This document shows positions 10,793 through 20,725 of a DNA stretch of 64,000 nt, piece by piece. Source of the stretch: an uncultured Candidatus Rokubacteria bacterium (lineage in GTDB: Bacteria; Methylomirabilota; Methylomirabilia; Rokubacteriales; CSP1-6); the NCBI GenBank assembly GCA_963754315.1, contig CAVWFS010000014.1:1-64000 (forward strand). Direction: 5' to 3'. The notes beneath the pieces are model-generated. The model made no database searches, was not told the origin of the DNA, and worked only from the letters and a program-made list of their open reading frames with translations. How positions within the stretch are numbered: the first letter of the stretch is position 1; each line of letters opens with the position of its first letter. A program made the position numbers and the translations under genes.

Positions 10793-12055
10793 ATGCCCCC
10801 GCCCTGGCCATCGACAGCACCCATCCGCCGAGTCTTCTACGGCTGGTGGATCGTCGCCGCTGGGTTCACGATCGAGGCCCTCATCGGGTCCCTCATGTTT
10901 CACGCCTACGGCGCCTACCTGGTCCTGCTGCGAGACGAGTTCGGCTGGAGCAAGACCCTGCTCTCGGCAGCGTTCGCCATGGCCCGAGCGGAGAGCGGCA
11001 TCCTGGGCCCGATCCAGGGTTGGCTCACGGACCGCTTCGGACCCCGGGCCCTCATCCGCGTTGGCATGATCATCTTTGGCGTCGGGTTCATGCTTTTCAG
11101 CCAAATCGGCTCGCCGGCGACGTTCATCGCGACCTACTTCATGATGGCGCTCGGCTCGAGCCTCGGCGGTTTCCTGCCCGTCACGGTGGCCATCGTGAAC
11201 TGGTTTCGGCGCCGGCGCGCCCTGGCGCTCAGCATCAGCGCCACCGGCATGGCCACGGGCGGGTTGCTCGTGCAGGGCGTCGTGCTCGCCCTCTCCCGAT
11301 TCGGCTGGCGCTGGACCGCCTTCGCTTCCGGCGTCCTCGTCCTTCTGATCGGGCTGCCCATCGCCCAGCTTGTCCGTCACCGTCCCGAGCCCTACGGCTA
11401 CCGGGTCGACGGGTCCGAGAATCCCGAGACCAGCCCGCGCGGCGCTCGCGCCGAGGTGGCGGTGGATTTCACGGCGCGAGAAGCCATGCGCACCCGCGCC
11501 TTCTGGTTCATCTCGGCCGGTCACGGGGCGGCGCTCCTCGGCGTCTCCGCGGTCATGGTCCATCTCATCGTGCACGTGACCGAACGGCTCGGCTATTCGC
11601 TTCGCCAGAGTGCCGCGCTACTCGCCCTCATGACCGTCATGCAGGTGAGCGGTCAGCTCGCCGGCGGCTGGGCGGGCGACCGCTGGAGCAAGCGACTCAT
11701 CGCTTCGGGCTGTATGCTCGCGCACGCCATCGCGCTCGCGATGCTCGCCACCGCCGCCACATTCGGGATGGTGGTGGGGTTCGCAATCCTGTTTGGTCTG
11801 GCGTGGGGCGTTCGCGGGCCTCTCATGGGAGCGCTGCGCGCCGATTATTTCGGAGGCGCCGCCTTCGGCACGATCACCGGGTTCTCGTCGATGGTCGCGA
11901 TGCTGGGCATGATGGGAGGACCGCTCCTGGCCGGGATACTCGCCGACCGCACGGGCAGCTATCAGGTGGGCTTCATGACGCTGGCGATCCTGGCCGCCCT
12001 CGGCTCTGTGTTTTTCGCTCTCGCCGTCCGGCCGGCCCCACCCCACCGCGCCTGA
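10793..12055 (+). CDS. MFS transporter (OFA/monocarboxylate-like)
   Basis: FYGWWIV, GWLTDRFGPR, NWFRRRRALA, GWAGDRWSKR. Confidence 0.92.
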   Translation: MPPPWPSTAPIRRVFYGWWIVAAGFTIEALIGSLMFHAYGAYLVLLRDEFGWSKTLLSAAFAMARAESGILGPIQGWLTDRFGPRALIRVGMIIFGVGFMLFSQIGSPATFIATYFMMALGSSLGGFLPVTVAIVNWFRRRRALALSISATGMATGGLLVQGVVLALSRFGWRWTAFASGVLVLLIGLPIAQLVRHRPEPYGYRVDGSENPETSPRGARAEVAVDFTAREAMRTRAFWFISAGHGAALLGVSAVMVHLIVHVTERLGYSLRQSAALLALMTVMQVSGQLAGGWAGDRWSKRLIASGCMLAHAIALAMLATAATFGMVVGFAILFGLAWGVRGPLMGALRADYFGGAAFGTITGFSSMVAMLGMMGGPLLAGILADRTGSYQVGFMTLAILAALGSVFFALAVRPAPPHRA

Positions 12056-12091
12056 CGTCCAAGGCCTAGGGTCGGCGCCACTGGATCGCGT

Positions 12092-13177
12092 TCAGTTCGG
12101 CTCGCGCACGGCAGGAAGGACGTCCGTGAGCGCACGGGCGAGTTGCCCCTTCTGATCCCACGAGGCGAATCTCAGGATCGGCGTCGTGCAGCCGGCGTCG
12201 ACATAGGCGCGGATCTTGGCGATGACGGTCGCCGGGGATCCGCAGGCGAGCCAGCCCTCGATGTACTCGCGGGTCATCGCGGGACTGTAGTACGTATGAA
12301 GGAACTTCACCGACTCCTCGAACCCGGCCGCGCGATCGTCGTTGATGTTGACCATGAGGTGAAGCGCGGACTCCAGCCCGTCGGTCGGGCGGCCTGCGTT
12401 GCGCGCGACCTCGCGAATGAGGTCCCAGCGCGCCTTGAACCGGGCGACGGGCGTGTTGTCGGTCATCCAGCCATCCGCCATGAGCCCGACTCGGCGCAGC
12501 GCCCGGTCCATGACGTGCATCGGCGTCAGCTCGGGCTTGGGGTTGGTAGCGATCCAGATGGGTGGGCAGGGCGTCTGGACAGGCTTGGGCTCGAGCGTGA
12601 GGTCATGGAACTGGTAGAAGCGGCCCTGGTGGCTCACGTGGTCCTCGGTCCAGAGACGGCGGAGGATCGTCAACCCCTCCTCGAGCCGGGGGCCCCGCTC
12701 GCTCAGCTTCACCTTGAACGGCGCGAACTCCTCCTCGGCTTTCTCGCGGGGCAGGCTGCCGCCAATGCAAGCGCCCAGGACCATCCGGCCGTGCGACACG
12801 TGATCGAGCGCCGCCCACTGGGCGGCCAGGAAGATCGGATCGCGCAGCGGGAATGTCGAAAGACAGCAGGTTCCCAGCCGCACGCGTCGGGTACGCGCGG
12901 CGATGGCAGACAGCAGCACCAGCGATTCCAGCCGTGGCTTGGCGAAGAGACTGTCGCCGACCCAGACGGAGTCGAAGGCGCCAGAGGCGTCGGCCGCGGC
13001 GGCAAGCTCGAGCAGTTCGTCCGTGCTCGTCGCCCCGAACAGAACCCCTCGGTTCGGCAGGCTGAGCCCGAAACGGGTCACGCCCCGTTCGTTCGGAATC
13101 GCATCAGCCACCTTCGCCGGAACCATGTTCATTCGAGCGATAGCATGCCTCGTTCGTGGGCGGATGTCATCGGCCAT
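12092..13177 (-). CDS. LLM-class flavin-dependent oxidoreductase
   Basis: FGLSLPNRG, FDSVWVGDSLFAKPRLES, LDHVSHGR, PKPVQTPCPPIWI. The true start may be downstream of 13177. Confidence 0.9.
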   Translation of the reverse strand: MADDIRPRTRHAIARMNMVPAKVADAIPNERGVTRFGLSLPNRGVLFGATSTDELLELAAAADASGAFDSVWVGDSLFAKPRLESLVLLSAIAARTRRVRLGTCCLSTFPLRDPIFLAAQWAALDHVSHGRMVLGACIGGSLPREKAEEEFAPFKVKLSERGPRLEEGLTILRRLWTEDHVSHQGRFYQFHDLTLEPKPVQTPCPPIWIATNPKPELTPMHVMDRALRRVGLMADGWMTDNTPVARFKARWDLIREVARNAGRPTDGLESALHLMVNINDDRAAGFEESVKFLHTYYSPAMTREYIEGWLACGSPATVIAKIRAYVDAGCTTPILRFASWDQKGQLARALTDVLPAVREPN

Positions 13178-13282
13178 GTATCATCGAGTCGCGCACTCGA
13201 CCGCGATCACCCCGAGCGTGATTCAGTCCCCGCGATGTCAACTCAGTAGACACCGGCCGGCCCTCACCAATAGAATGACCAC

Positions 13283-13780
13283 ATGGCGACGGCCACCAAG
13301 CGCGGGGTGGAGTTTCGCTTCTGCATTGTCTTTGCCGTTCTCACCTTGGCCATCTTCGCCGCGCTCTACCTCGCCCACGATCCCGTCGTGGTGCCGCTCA
13401 ATGGGCACATTGCGTGGCTCACCGGAACGATCATGCGCGGGCTCGGGGCGGACACGGTGGCAACGGGCGCGGTGTTGAGAGCACCAGGCTTCGCGGTGGA
13501 GATCAAGAACAACTGCAACGCCATCTACGAGCTTGGTCTCTATGCGGCCGCCGTCTGGGCCTATCCTGCCTCGCTCGGCGCCAAGATGGCGGGAACGCTC
13601 ATCGGCGCCGGTGTCCTTAACCTCGTGAACCTGCTTCGTGTCGTCAGCCTTCTGGCGCTCGGGATCTTCGCCCGCGATTGGTTCGACGTGGCCCATCTCT
13701 ATGTCTGGCAAGCCGCGTTCTTCGCGGTCGTCGCTCTCTGCTGGTTCGGCTGGGTCCTCCGGATTAGTCCGCGCGCCTAG
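13283..13780 (+). CDS. Exosortase/archaeosortase-family protein, exosortase H-like
   Basis: Multi-TM protein with Cys (EIKNNCNAI), Arg (VNLLRVVSL) and His (AHLYVWQ) at the positions typical of the family triad. Confidence 0.82.
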   Translation: MATATKRGVEFRFCIVFAVLTLAIFAALYLAHDPVVVPLNGHIAWLTGTIMRGLGADTVATGAVLRAPGFAVEIKNNCNAIYELGLYAAAVWAYPASLGAKMAGTLIGAGVLNLVNLLRVVSLLALGIFARDWFDVAHLYVWQAAFFAVVALCWFGWVLRISPRA

Positions 13781-13877
13781 GCAGGACTGGCGGCCGTACT
13801 TACTCGGCCGCGCTTTCCCCACCCGTGTCTTGCGAGTGCGCCGAGCGAGTCTTGCGACCCGCCGGGGGCGGCCCCCG

Positions 13878-14922
13878 TCAGCGAGTCTGCTGGCGCACGA
13901 GCTCGTCGAAGGGGCCGGAAATGCGGATGATCTCGTTGACTTGCCAGACGCCGCGCCTGGTGGTGACAACGAAGAGGTCGCCCGCTACCCCAGCCTTGCT
14001 CGTCCCTGCAGTGACGGGGGCGAAGACCAGGCTACGCGTCGTATCGCCGTCGGTGAAGCGCGCGAACGGCACCTTGACGCCATCCGTGGTGAGCGCGAAC
14101 ACTTCGGCGCCGTGCCGATCGGCGACAAAGAGATTCCCGCCGGGGCTCACACTGATCGCCTGGGCCACAGGCCCGCTCAAGACGAGACGCGGAACACCCT
14201 GCGGGCTGACTTGCCAAATCTCCCCCGGACCTTGCTGCCATGGCGCCTCCGCCTTGGCATCGCTGCCTATCCAGAGCCTGCCGCTGATGTCGAAGGCCAG
14301 CACCCGCGGACGGACGAGGGACACATACCGGTTGTCGAGGACCTGGCCCGAGGGATCGAGTCGGACGACCACCCCCTGCTCGCGATCGGCAACGTAGAGA
14401 TTGCCGGTCGCATCGACGGTGACCCCTTCCGGCTGCTTGAGCAGGGGCGGCGTTCCCTTCGAGGGTGTGCCACCCGCAACCAGCTCGATCCGACCGTCCA
14501 CGATCCGGTACAGGACCCCGATCCGTCGCTCGCGGTCGAAGGTGGTGACGAACAGCTCGCGCCCGCCGCGGACAGACACCCACCTGAGGGTTCGGCAAGG
14601 GCGGCCCGTAGAAGAAGGTGGCCGCGGTCTTCGGTGTGAGCTGAGCGCCGCCCGGCGGAATCCGATACACCGCCCAGATGTCCTCCACCTCGCCTCCGAC
14701 GTAACGGCGGCCGCTGCGAGACAGATAGAGCGCACCCGTGTCATCGAAGGCCAGGGTGGACATCGAAGGTACGCCACGCACCTCGCGGTTGGCGCCGGCG
14801 TCGAATCCATCACCGGTCACGTAGACGCTGGCTGCGAACCCAGGCGGCAGCAGCAGCTCGGCCTCGGCCGCCCCTGGCATACACAGCAGTAGCGCGCCGA
14901 GGACACGAATCCATCCGCGCAT
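13878..14922 (-). CDS. Secreted NHL/SMP-30-like beta-propeller protein (frameshift ~14581)
   Basis: Signal peptide MRGWIRVLGALLLCMPGAAEA; repeats LAFDDTGALY, PEGVTVDATGNLYVAD, LAFDISGRLWI, ISVSPGGNLFVAD spread over two frames. Confidence 0.78.
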
Positions 14923-15006
14923 GGTAATCCTCCTCGAACCGCTGGCCAGTATACCCGGTATGGTATGGAGGTCCGGGAGGATGACCATGAACGTCAAGGT
15001 GACCAG

Positions 15007-16192
15007 GTGACCCGCGCCATCCTCGTGCTGAACGCCGGCTCCTCCAGCATCAAGTTCTCGGTCTTCGGGACGGAGGAGGACCGCTTGTCCCCCCTGTACG
15101 GAGGGGAAATCGAAGGCATCGGGGTCAGACCGCACTTCGTCGTGCGCGACGCGTCGGGGCAGTCAGTTGCCGACACGCATCCGACCCAAGAGCAGGGCCG
15201 TCCCGCTCGGGCATCACGACTTGCTCGTCACCGCTCTGGAGTGGCTCGATCGCCACGCCGAGGGAATGATCGTGGCCGCCGCCGGCCATCGCGTCGTGCA
15301 CGGGGGCGAGCGCTTCGCGGCCCCTGTGCTCGTGAACCAGGAGGTGCTCCAGGCCCTGCAGGCGCTGGTCCCGCTGGCGCCTCTGCACCAACCGCACAAC
15401 CTCGACGCCATCCGAGCGCTGGCCCACGTCAAGCCAGGGATCCCTCAGGTAGCGTGCTTCGATACCGCGTTCCACCGCACCCAGCCCGCGGTCGCTCAGG
15501 CCTTCGCGCTACCTCAGGAGCTGACCGAGGCGGGTATCGCCCGCTACGGGTTTCACGGGCTATCGTACGAGTACATCGCGCGAGTGCTGCCGGGGATAGC
15601 AGGCGAGACGGGCCGTGGTCGCGTGGTGGTGGCGCATCTCGGCAACGGTGCCAGCATGTGCGCGTTGCAGGGCGGTCGGAGTATCGCCACCACGATGAGC
15701 TTCACGGCGCTCGACGGCCTCCCGATGGGAACGCGCTCCGGCTCGCTCGACCCCGGCGTGATCCTCTATCTGTTGAGCGAGCGCGGAATGGATGTGGCGG
15801 CCTTGACCGACCTGCTCTATCACCGATCGGGCCTGCTCGGCATGTCCGGCCTCAGCAGTGACATGCGTGCTCTCCTTGCTTCGAATGCCTCCAGCGCCCG
15901 TGCGGCCATCGACGTCTTCGTCTACCGTATCCGGCGCGAGCTCGGATCGCTGGTCGCAGCGCTCGGGGGTTTGGACGCCCTGGTGTTCACGGCCGGGATC
16001 GGCGAGCATGCCGCGCCCATCCGGGCTCGCGTCTGCGAGCAGACCGCTTGGCTGGGTATCCGCTTGGACCCCGAGGCCAATGCGCGCGGCGGACCCCGGA
16101 TCAGCGGCCCCGACAGCTCCGTCTCGGTGTGGATGATTCCCACGAACGAAGAACTGATGATCGCCGAGCACACCGTCGCCCTGCTCCGCTGA
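15007..16192 (+). CDS. ackA: Acetate/propionate kinase (frameshift ~15180-15220)
   Basis: [13 protein letters not shown] in the first frame; [49 protein letters not shown] in the second. Confidence 0.92.
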
Positions 16193-16284
16193 GGGTGATG
16201 TCTCACAGCGGCGGGCACGGCTCGGATCGATACGCGGCGGGCGTACAATGCAGGGGTGTTGAGCGTTTAAGGGGGAGGGAAGAC

Positions 16285-16950
16285 ATGTGGTTCAGCCTAC
16301 GTAAAGCGGAAATACCCACGCGAGAGAACGCGCTCCCCGGGCGCGCCCAGCCCATGGCCGTCCCCGCCACGCACCATGTCAGCGGGTCGCGGTTGGTGCC
16401 GCCGTTTCCGGAGGGAATGGAGCTGGCGCTGTTCGGCATGGGGTGCTTCTGGGGCGCCGAGCGCATCTTCTGGCAGACGGAGGGCGTGTACTCCACGGCG
16501 GTCGGCTACGCAGGAGGCTTCACTCCGAATCCCACTTACGAGGAAGTGTGCAGCGGGAGGACCGGACACACGGAGGTCGTGCGCGTGGTTTTCGATCCCG
16601 CCAAGATCTCCTTCGACGCTCTGCTCGGACTCTTCTGGGAGAGCCACGACCCCACACAAGGCATGCGTCAGGGCAACGACGTGGGCAGTCAGTACCGCTC
16701 CGCCATATACACGTACGGCGAGAGCCAACGTCGGGTCGCCGAAGCGTCTCGGGCCGCATATCAGCGCGCCCTGCAGGCCTCGCGCCTGGGAGAGATCACC
16801 ACGGAGATTTCCAAGGCGGGTGAGTTCTACTACGCCGAGGACTACCACCAGCAGTATCTGGCCAAGAACCCGTGGGGCTACTGCGGCATCGGCGGCACCG
16901 GCGTCCGCTACCCATCCGATCTCGTCGAGGTCCCCTCCAAGAACGCCTAG
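16285..16950 (+). CDS. msrA: Peptide methionine (S)-sulfoxide reductase
   Basis: [38 protein letters not shown]. Confidence 0.96.
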   Translation: MWFSLRKAEIPTRENALPGRAQPMAVPATHHVSGSRLVPPFPEGMELALFGMGCFWGAERIFWQTEGVYSTAVGYAGGFTPNPTYEEVCSGRTGHTEVVRVVFDPAKISFDALLGLFWESHDPTQGMRQGNDVGSQYRSAIYTYGESQRRVAEASRAAYQRALQASRLGEITTEISKAGEFYYAEDYHQQYLAKNPWGYCGIGGTGVRYPSDLVEVPSKNA

Positions 16951-17146
16951 CCCTTCGAGGCAGTGAGTCGAGTGCCGGGACTTTCGGGACCCTTCCAGGG
17001 TCCCCTTGACGCGCACCGACAGGGCACAGTGCACATCGCGGGCGACATCTCACGCCGTCATCGCTAGCCGCGAGCTTTCAGCAGAGCCTCCCCGTCGTGG
17101 TGCGGGACTTGCTCCCAATGGCATGCGCCGAAGGGAGGTGAGTCAC

Positions 17147-17275
17147 ATGGAGGACCGATCCACCGATCTCGATCTGGAGCTCGTCCCCGTGGAGTCGATG
17201 CCCATGGTCACTCTGGCGGAGGCGTTCGGCGGCGGCTGTTGCTGCTCGTCGTCGTCGAGCAGCTGCGGCGAGTAA
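17147..17275 (+). CDS. RiPP (LAP/TOMM) precursor peptide, 42 aa
   Basis: GGGAGGTG RBS, then MEDRSTDLDLELVPVESMPMVTLAEAF-GGGCCCSSSSSSCGE: an acidic leader and a Cys/Ser-rich core directly upstream of the cyclodehydratase genes. Confidence 0.92.
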   Translation: MEDRSTDLDLELVPVESMPMVTLAEAFGGGCCCSSSSSSCGE

Positions 17276-17348
17276 CCGCCCCCGGCCCGGGGAGCCGCGG
17301 CCTCGCCTCGAGTGCCTCCGGGCCGCGGCATCCACGATCACCACGAGT

Positions 17349-17376
17349 CCCGGCCGAGGCTTTCGCCTCGGCCGGG
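17349..17376 (+). terminator. Perfect 12-bp hairpin between the precursor and the maturation genes
   Basis: CCCGGCCGAGGC-TTTC-GCCTCGGCCGGG; no U-tract. Confidence 0.6.
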
Positions 17377-17393
17377 CGCTGAGGACGCATCGA

Positions 17394-18557
17394 GTGAACC
17401 TCGAAGACGCTGAACCAACCAATCGCCGCTCGGAGCGAATCATCGTGCGGAGACACCCCGGCATGCTCTGCGGAGCCAATGGCGAAATCTTCCTGCGACT
17501 GGACGGCGAGCTGCACAGGCTGCAAGGCCGCAGCGCGCCTGATCTGGTGGCGAGCATCCTCCATCTGGTCGACGGGCGCTCGACGGAAGATGAGATCGTG
17601 GCCGGCGCCTGCCGCCAGGGGGTCAGTGCAGAATGGGCGGCGCGAGCAGTGCGATGGTTGGTCGAAGAAGGCTTGTGCGTTCGCGATCGTTGCCCTGAGA
17701 TGGAGCGGCCGCGCCTGGCCGCCTACGAGCCCCAGATCCGATACTTCACCGTGCACACCTCCATGCCGACGGACGCGCAGAATCGCCTCCGAGAGAGCCA
17801 TGTCACAGTGATCGGCCTCGAATACCTGGGCAGCGTGCTGGTTCAGCACCTCGCCCAGGCCGGTATCGGCCACGTACGCGGGGTCGGGCCGTCGTCACTC
17901 ACGCCGTCGGAAACGCTTTTGCTCGGTGTCGCCACGGAGGAGGACCGCCATCAGGCGCTGACGCGGTGGATCCGCGGCCAGGGGTTGGTCACGAACTATC
18001 ACGGCATCCCCAGCGAGCCCGAGGCGCCGCTCGACTATCGGGCTCCCCTGGCGGATTGCGACATCGCCGTGCTGGTCGCTCCGCAGATGTCCGTTGGCAT
18101 CCTCAGAGCATTCAACCAAGCGGCCCTTCATGCGAACATCCCGTTCCTCGCCGTCGTTCTCGACGGCACCTTCGCCGCCATCGGCCCCTTGGTCATTCCG
18201 GAGGAAACCGCCTGTCTGACCTGCCGTGAGCTTCGCCGACCGCGGCGCCAGGCAATAGAGGAGTTTCGAGACCTGCAGGAGAGCCGGGCCGGGTCGGTCG
18301 GGCTTTCGTGGCGCGACGAGGCATTCCTGTTCGCACACGTGTCCGTCCTCGCGGCTCTCACCGCCGCGGAGATCGTGACGGCCCTCACCCAGGTTTGCGA
18401 ACCCGTGATCCTCGGACGCGAGCTGCTCGTGGACACTCACAGCTGGCGCGTCGAGGCTGCCCCCGTGCTCAAAGTTCCCCGCTGCTGGGACTGTGGACGG
18501 CCCCGTCGCTTTCCACCAAGTCGACCGTTCGCGCTCGGAGGCGCTCCCGTTGATTGA
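17394..18557 (+). CDS. TOMM leader-binding/E1-like cyclodehydratase scaffold (RRE + ThiF-like domain)
   Basis: N-terminal winged-helix RRE-like region (LVDGRSTEDEIV...WLVEEGL); VTVIGLEYLGS...LAQAGIG; IGPLVIPEETACLTC; KVPRCWDCG. Confidence 0.88.
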   Translation: MNLEDAEPTNRRSERIIVRRHPGMLCGANGEIFLRLDGELHRLQGRSAPDLVASILHLVDGRSTEDEIVAGACRQGVSAEWAARAVRWLVEEGLCVRDRCPEMERPRLAAYEPQIRYFTVHTSMPTDAQNRLRESHVTVIGLEYLGSVLVQHLAQAGIGHVRGVGPSSLTPSETLLLGVATEEDRHQALTRWIRGQGLVTNYHGIPSEPEAPLDYRAPLADCDIAVLVAPQMSVGILRAFNQAALHANIPFLAVVLDGTFAAIGPLVIPEETACLTCRELRRPRRQAIEEFRDLQESRAGSVGLSWRDEAFLFAHVSVLAALTAAEIVTALTQVCEPVILGRELLVDTHSWRVEAAPVLKVPRCWDCGRPRRFPPSRPFALGGAPVD

Positions 18558-19863
18558 CACACGACCGAGCTCTGAGGACATCGCCACTCTCGCCCGCGCT
18601 CGGCGTCGATTCAGTGGGCCACGCGGCCCGCTCATCGGCCTCAGCGAGGCACTTGGCGCAACCGACGACGTCAGCATCTTCGTCGGCCATGGCGAGGGCT
18701 GGGCACCCCGCCAGCATCCCGCGTGCCCGGATGGGCGGATCGAGGGGACAGGCGTTGGGCTCACGCGATCGGCGGCGCTGGCGAGCACGGTCGGCGAGCT
18801 TGTCGAACGATATGCCGCTTGGCGCTGCTGCCGCGCCGACAACCTCCGAGCGACCTACGCGGAGGTGGCTCCCCGGGCCGTCTCCCCTCGAGACTTCACG
18901 CTCTACGCGCCGGAGCAGTATGCGCAGCCGGGCTTTCACTGCTCGCCTCCCCATCCGACCGCGCTGCTCAGTTGGACCGAGGCATGGTCAATCCTGCACC
19001 AGCGGACAACCCTTGTGCCTTCGGAGTTCGTCTACATGGAGCGCTGCCCGGGACCGGGGTGTCTCGTACACTCGGTCACGACCGGGCTGGCCTGCGCGCC
19101 CTCGCCTGTCATGGCAGCCGTATCTGCCCTGTGCGAAGCCATCGAGCGCGACGGAATCATGCTCGCGTGGCTCGCCGGTCTCGAGTTGCCGCGAGTGCAT
19201 CCTCCCGCGGGCGATCCGATCGTCCACGACCTGTTGCACCGTATCGCGCGGCAGGGCCTTCGTGCGACCGTGCTCGACGCGACCACCGACATTGCCGTCC
19301 CGGTGCGCATCGCCCTCCTCGAAGCGCCGGAGGGATCGCCGGCCGAATTGGCAGTGGGCATGGCGGCGCACCTTGACCCCGTGCAAGCGCATCGCAAGGC
19401 GCTCATCGAAGGGGCGCATACCCATAACTGGTTACGCCGCCTCAAGCGACAGCGCGCACCGCTTCACCACCCTGATGCCACCCCGCCGCGAACCTTCGAA
19501 GATCACGTGTACCTCTGGGGCCACGCGAGCATGGCTCGTCGGCTCGACTTCTGGCGGTGCGGCCCGTGGCGAGACGAACCCGGCGGCGCCGCGGACGATC
19601 TGAACCCTGCCGGTCAGCTCCGCGTGATCGTCGACCGTCTCGCGCGCACTGGCTTCGAACCGCTCCTCGTCGATTTGACCCCGCCCGAGCTCAGCACGGC
19701 AGACTTACACGTCGCCCGAGCCGTGGTGCCCGGTCTGATCCCGCTGACCGTGGGGCCGCCATGCCTGGGCAGCCCTCGCCTGGCGGCCCTGACGGACCGG
19801 CTCGGTCTCGCCGCCCGCTATGCGGGCCCCGCTTGGAATCCACTTCCTCACCCCTTCCCCTGA
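18550..19863 (+). CDS. YcaO cyclodehydratase (azoline-forming type)
   Basis: GELVERY, TTGLAC, EAIERDG motifs and a Pro-rich C-terminus NPLPHPFP; TTG start with GGAGG RBS, overlapping the previous stop. Confidence 0.93.
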   Translation: MIDTRPSSEDIATLARARRRFSGPRGPLIGLSEALGATDDVSIFVGHGEGWAPRQHPACPDGRIEGTGVGLTRSAALASTVGELVERYAAWRCCRADNLRATYAEVAPRAVSPRDFTLYAPEQYAQPGFHCSPPHPTALLSWTEAWSILHQRTTLVPSEFVYMERCPGPGCLVHSVTTGLACAPSPVMAAVSALCEAIERDGIMLAWLAGLELPRVHPPAGDPIVHDLLHRIARQGLRATVLDATTDIAVPVRIALLEAPEGSPAELAVGMAAHLDPVQAHRKALIEGAHTHNWLRRLKRQRAPLHHPDATPPRTFEDHVYLWGHASMARRLDFWRCGPWRDEPGGAADDLNPAGQLRVIVDRLARTGFEPLLVDLTPPELSTADLHVARAVVPGLIPLTVGPPCLGSPRLAALTDRLGLAARYAGPAWNPLPHPFP

Positions 19864-19864
19864 G

Positions 19865-20725
19865 ATGTTCGACCGCGAGCGCGTTCAGGCCCTGTTCGCT
19901 CGGCGCGAGGATGCCGATGTCCGGGACTTGCTGCTGCCCTCCGAGCTGTATCACGAGAACACGAAGACTCGCCGGAGCGTTCTCGACGTGCTTCGACGCG
20001 GGGCTCAGGATCCGGTGGCCGGCGGCACTCTCCGCCGCGCCGAAGCCCGGCAGCGGCGGCTCTACGACCTCGTTCAGTTCGGCGCCAAGTCCTATCCACA
20101 CGTCCCACGGATCATGCTGCCCGCCGGGCCAGGCCTGCTCGGCTGTGATCTCGCCGCCGTGATCCGACGGCGAGTGTCCGACCGTCACCTCGGCGGCAAG
20201 GTCGGGCTGCCCGCCGTGGCCACGATGCTCCAGCTCGGATACGGCGTGATCCGCTACGCCGATCCGGCCTCTGCTCGTCTGCCCCGTCGAGCCGTACCGT
20301 CGGGCGGGGCTCTTTACCCGTTGGAAGTCTACGTCCTGGCGGCGGCCACCGAGGGGCTCGAGCCGGGTGTGTATCACTTCGAGGTGTTCAGTCACGCGCT
20401 GGAGCGATTGTCGAGCGAAGACCTCACCGTTCGGATTCGCCGCTGCTTCCTCGATGAGGACATCGCAGCGCGAGCAGCGGCCACGATCGTGGTCACGGCT
20501 GTCCTCCAGCGACTGCGCCACAAGTACGGTGAGCTGGCCTATCGGCTGGCCCTCCTGGAAGCTGGACACCTCGGCCAGAACATCTGCCTGATCGCGACCG
20601 GGCTGGGTCTCGGCGTGTGCCCGCTGGCGGGATATGTCGACGATGCCGTGAACGATCTGCTCGGCGTCGACGGCGTGGACGAGACAGTGATCTACGCGCT
20701 GGCGGTGGGGCCGCGGAACGCATGA
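19865..20725 (+). CDS. SagB/ThcOx-family FMN-dependent azoline dehydrogenase
   Basis: YHENTK, RRRVSDR, PSGGALYPLEVY, KYGELAYRLALLEAGHLGQN (conserved Lys-Tyr). Confidence 0.93.
   Translation: MFDRERVQALFARREDADVRDLLLPSELYHENTKTRRSVLDVLRRGAQDPVAGGTLRRAEARQRRLYDLVQFGAKSYPHVPRIMLPAGPGLLGCDLAAVIRRRVSDRHLGGKVGLPAVATMLQLGYGVIRYADPASARLPRRAVPSGGALYPLEVYVLAAATEGLEPGVYHFEVFSHALERLSSEDLTVRIRRCFLDEDIAARAAATIVVTAVLQRLRHKYGELAYRLALLEAGHLGQNICLIATGLGLGVCPLAGYVDDAVNDLLGVDGVDETVIYALAVGPRNA

Noticed and set aside
10768..12069. Long alternative-frame and antisense ORFs here and across the window (e.g. 9405..10457, 24475..25788, 41533..42786)
   Set aside because: These Arg/Pro/Gly-rich shadow ORFs are expected at high GC and overlap well-supported genes.
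17006..17146. Longer 89-aa precursor as called in the ORF track
   Set aside because: The TTG at 17006 looks like a -35 hexamer, and a strong GGAGGT RBS sits in front of ATG 17147.
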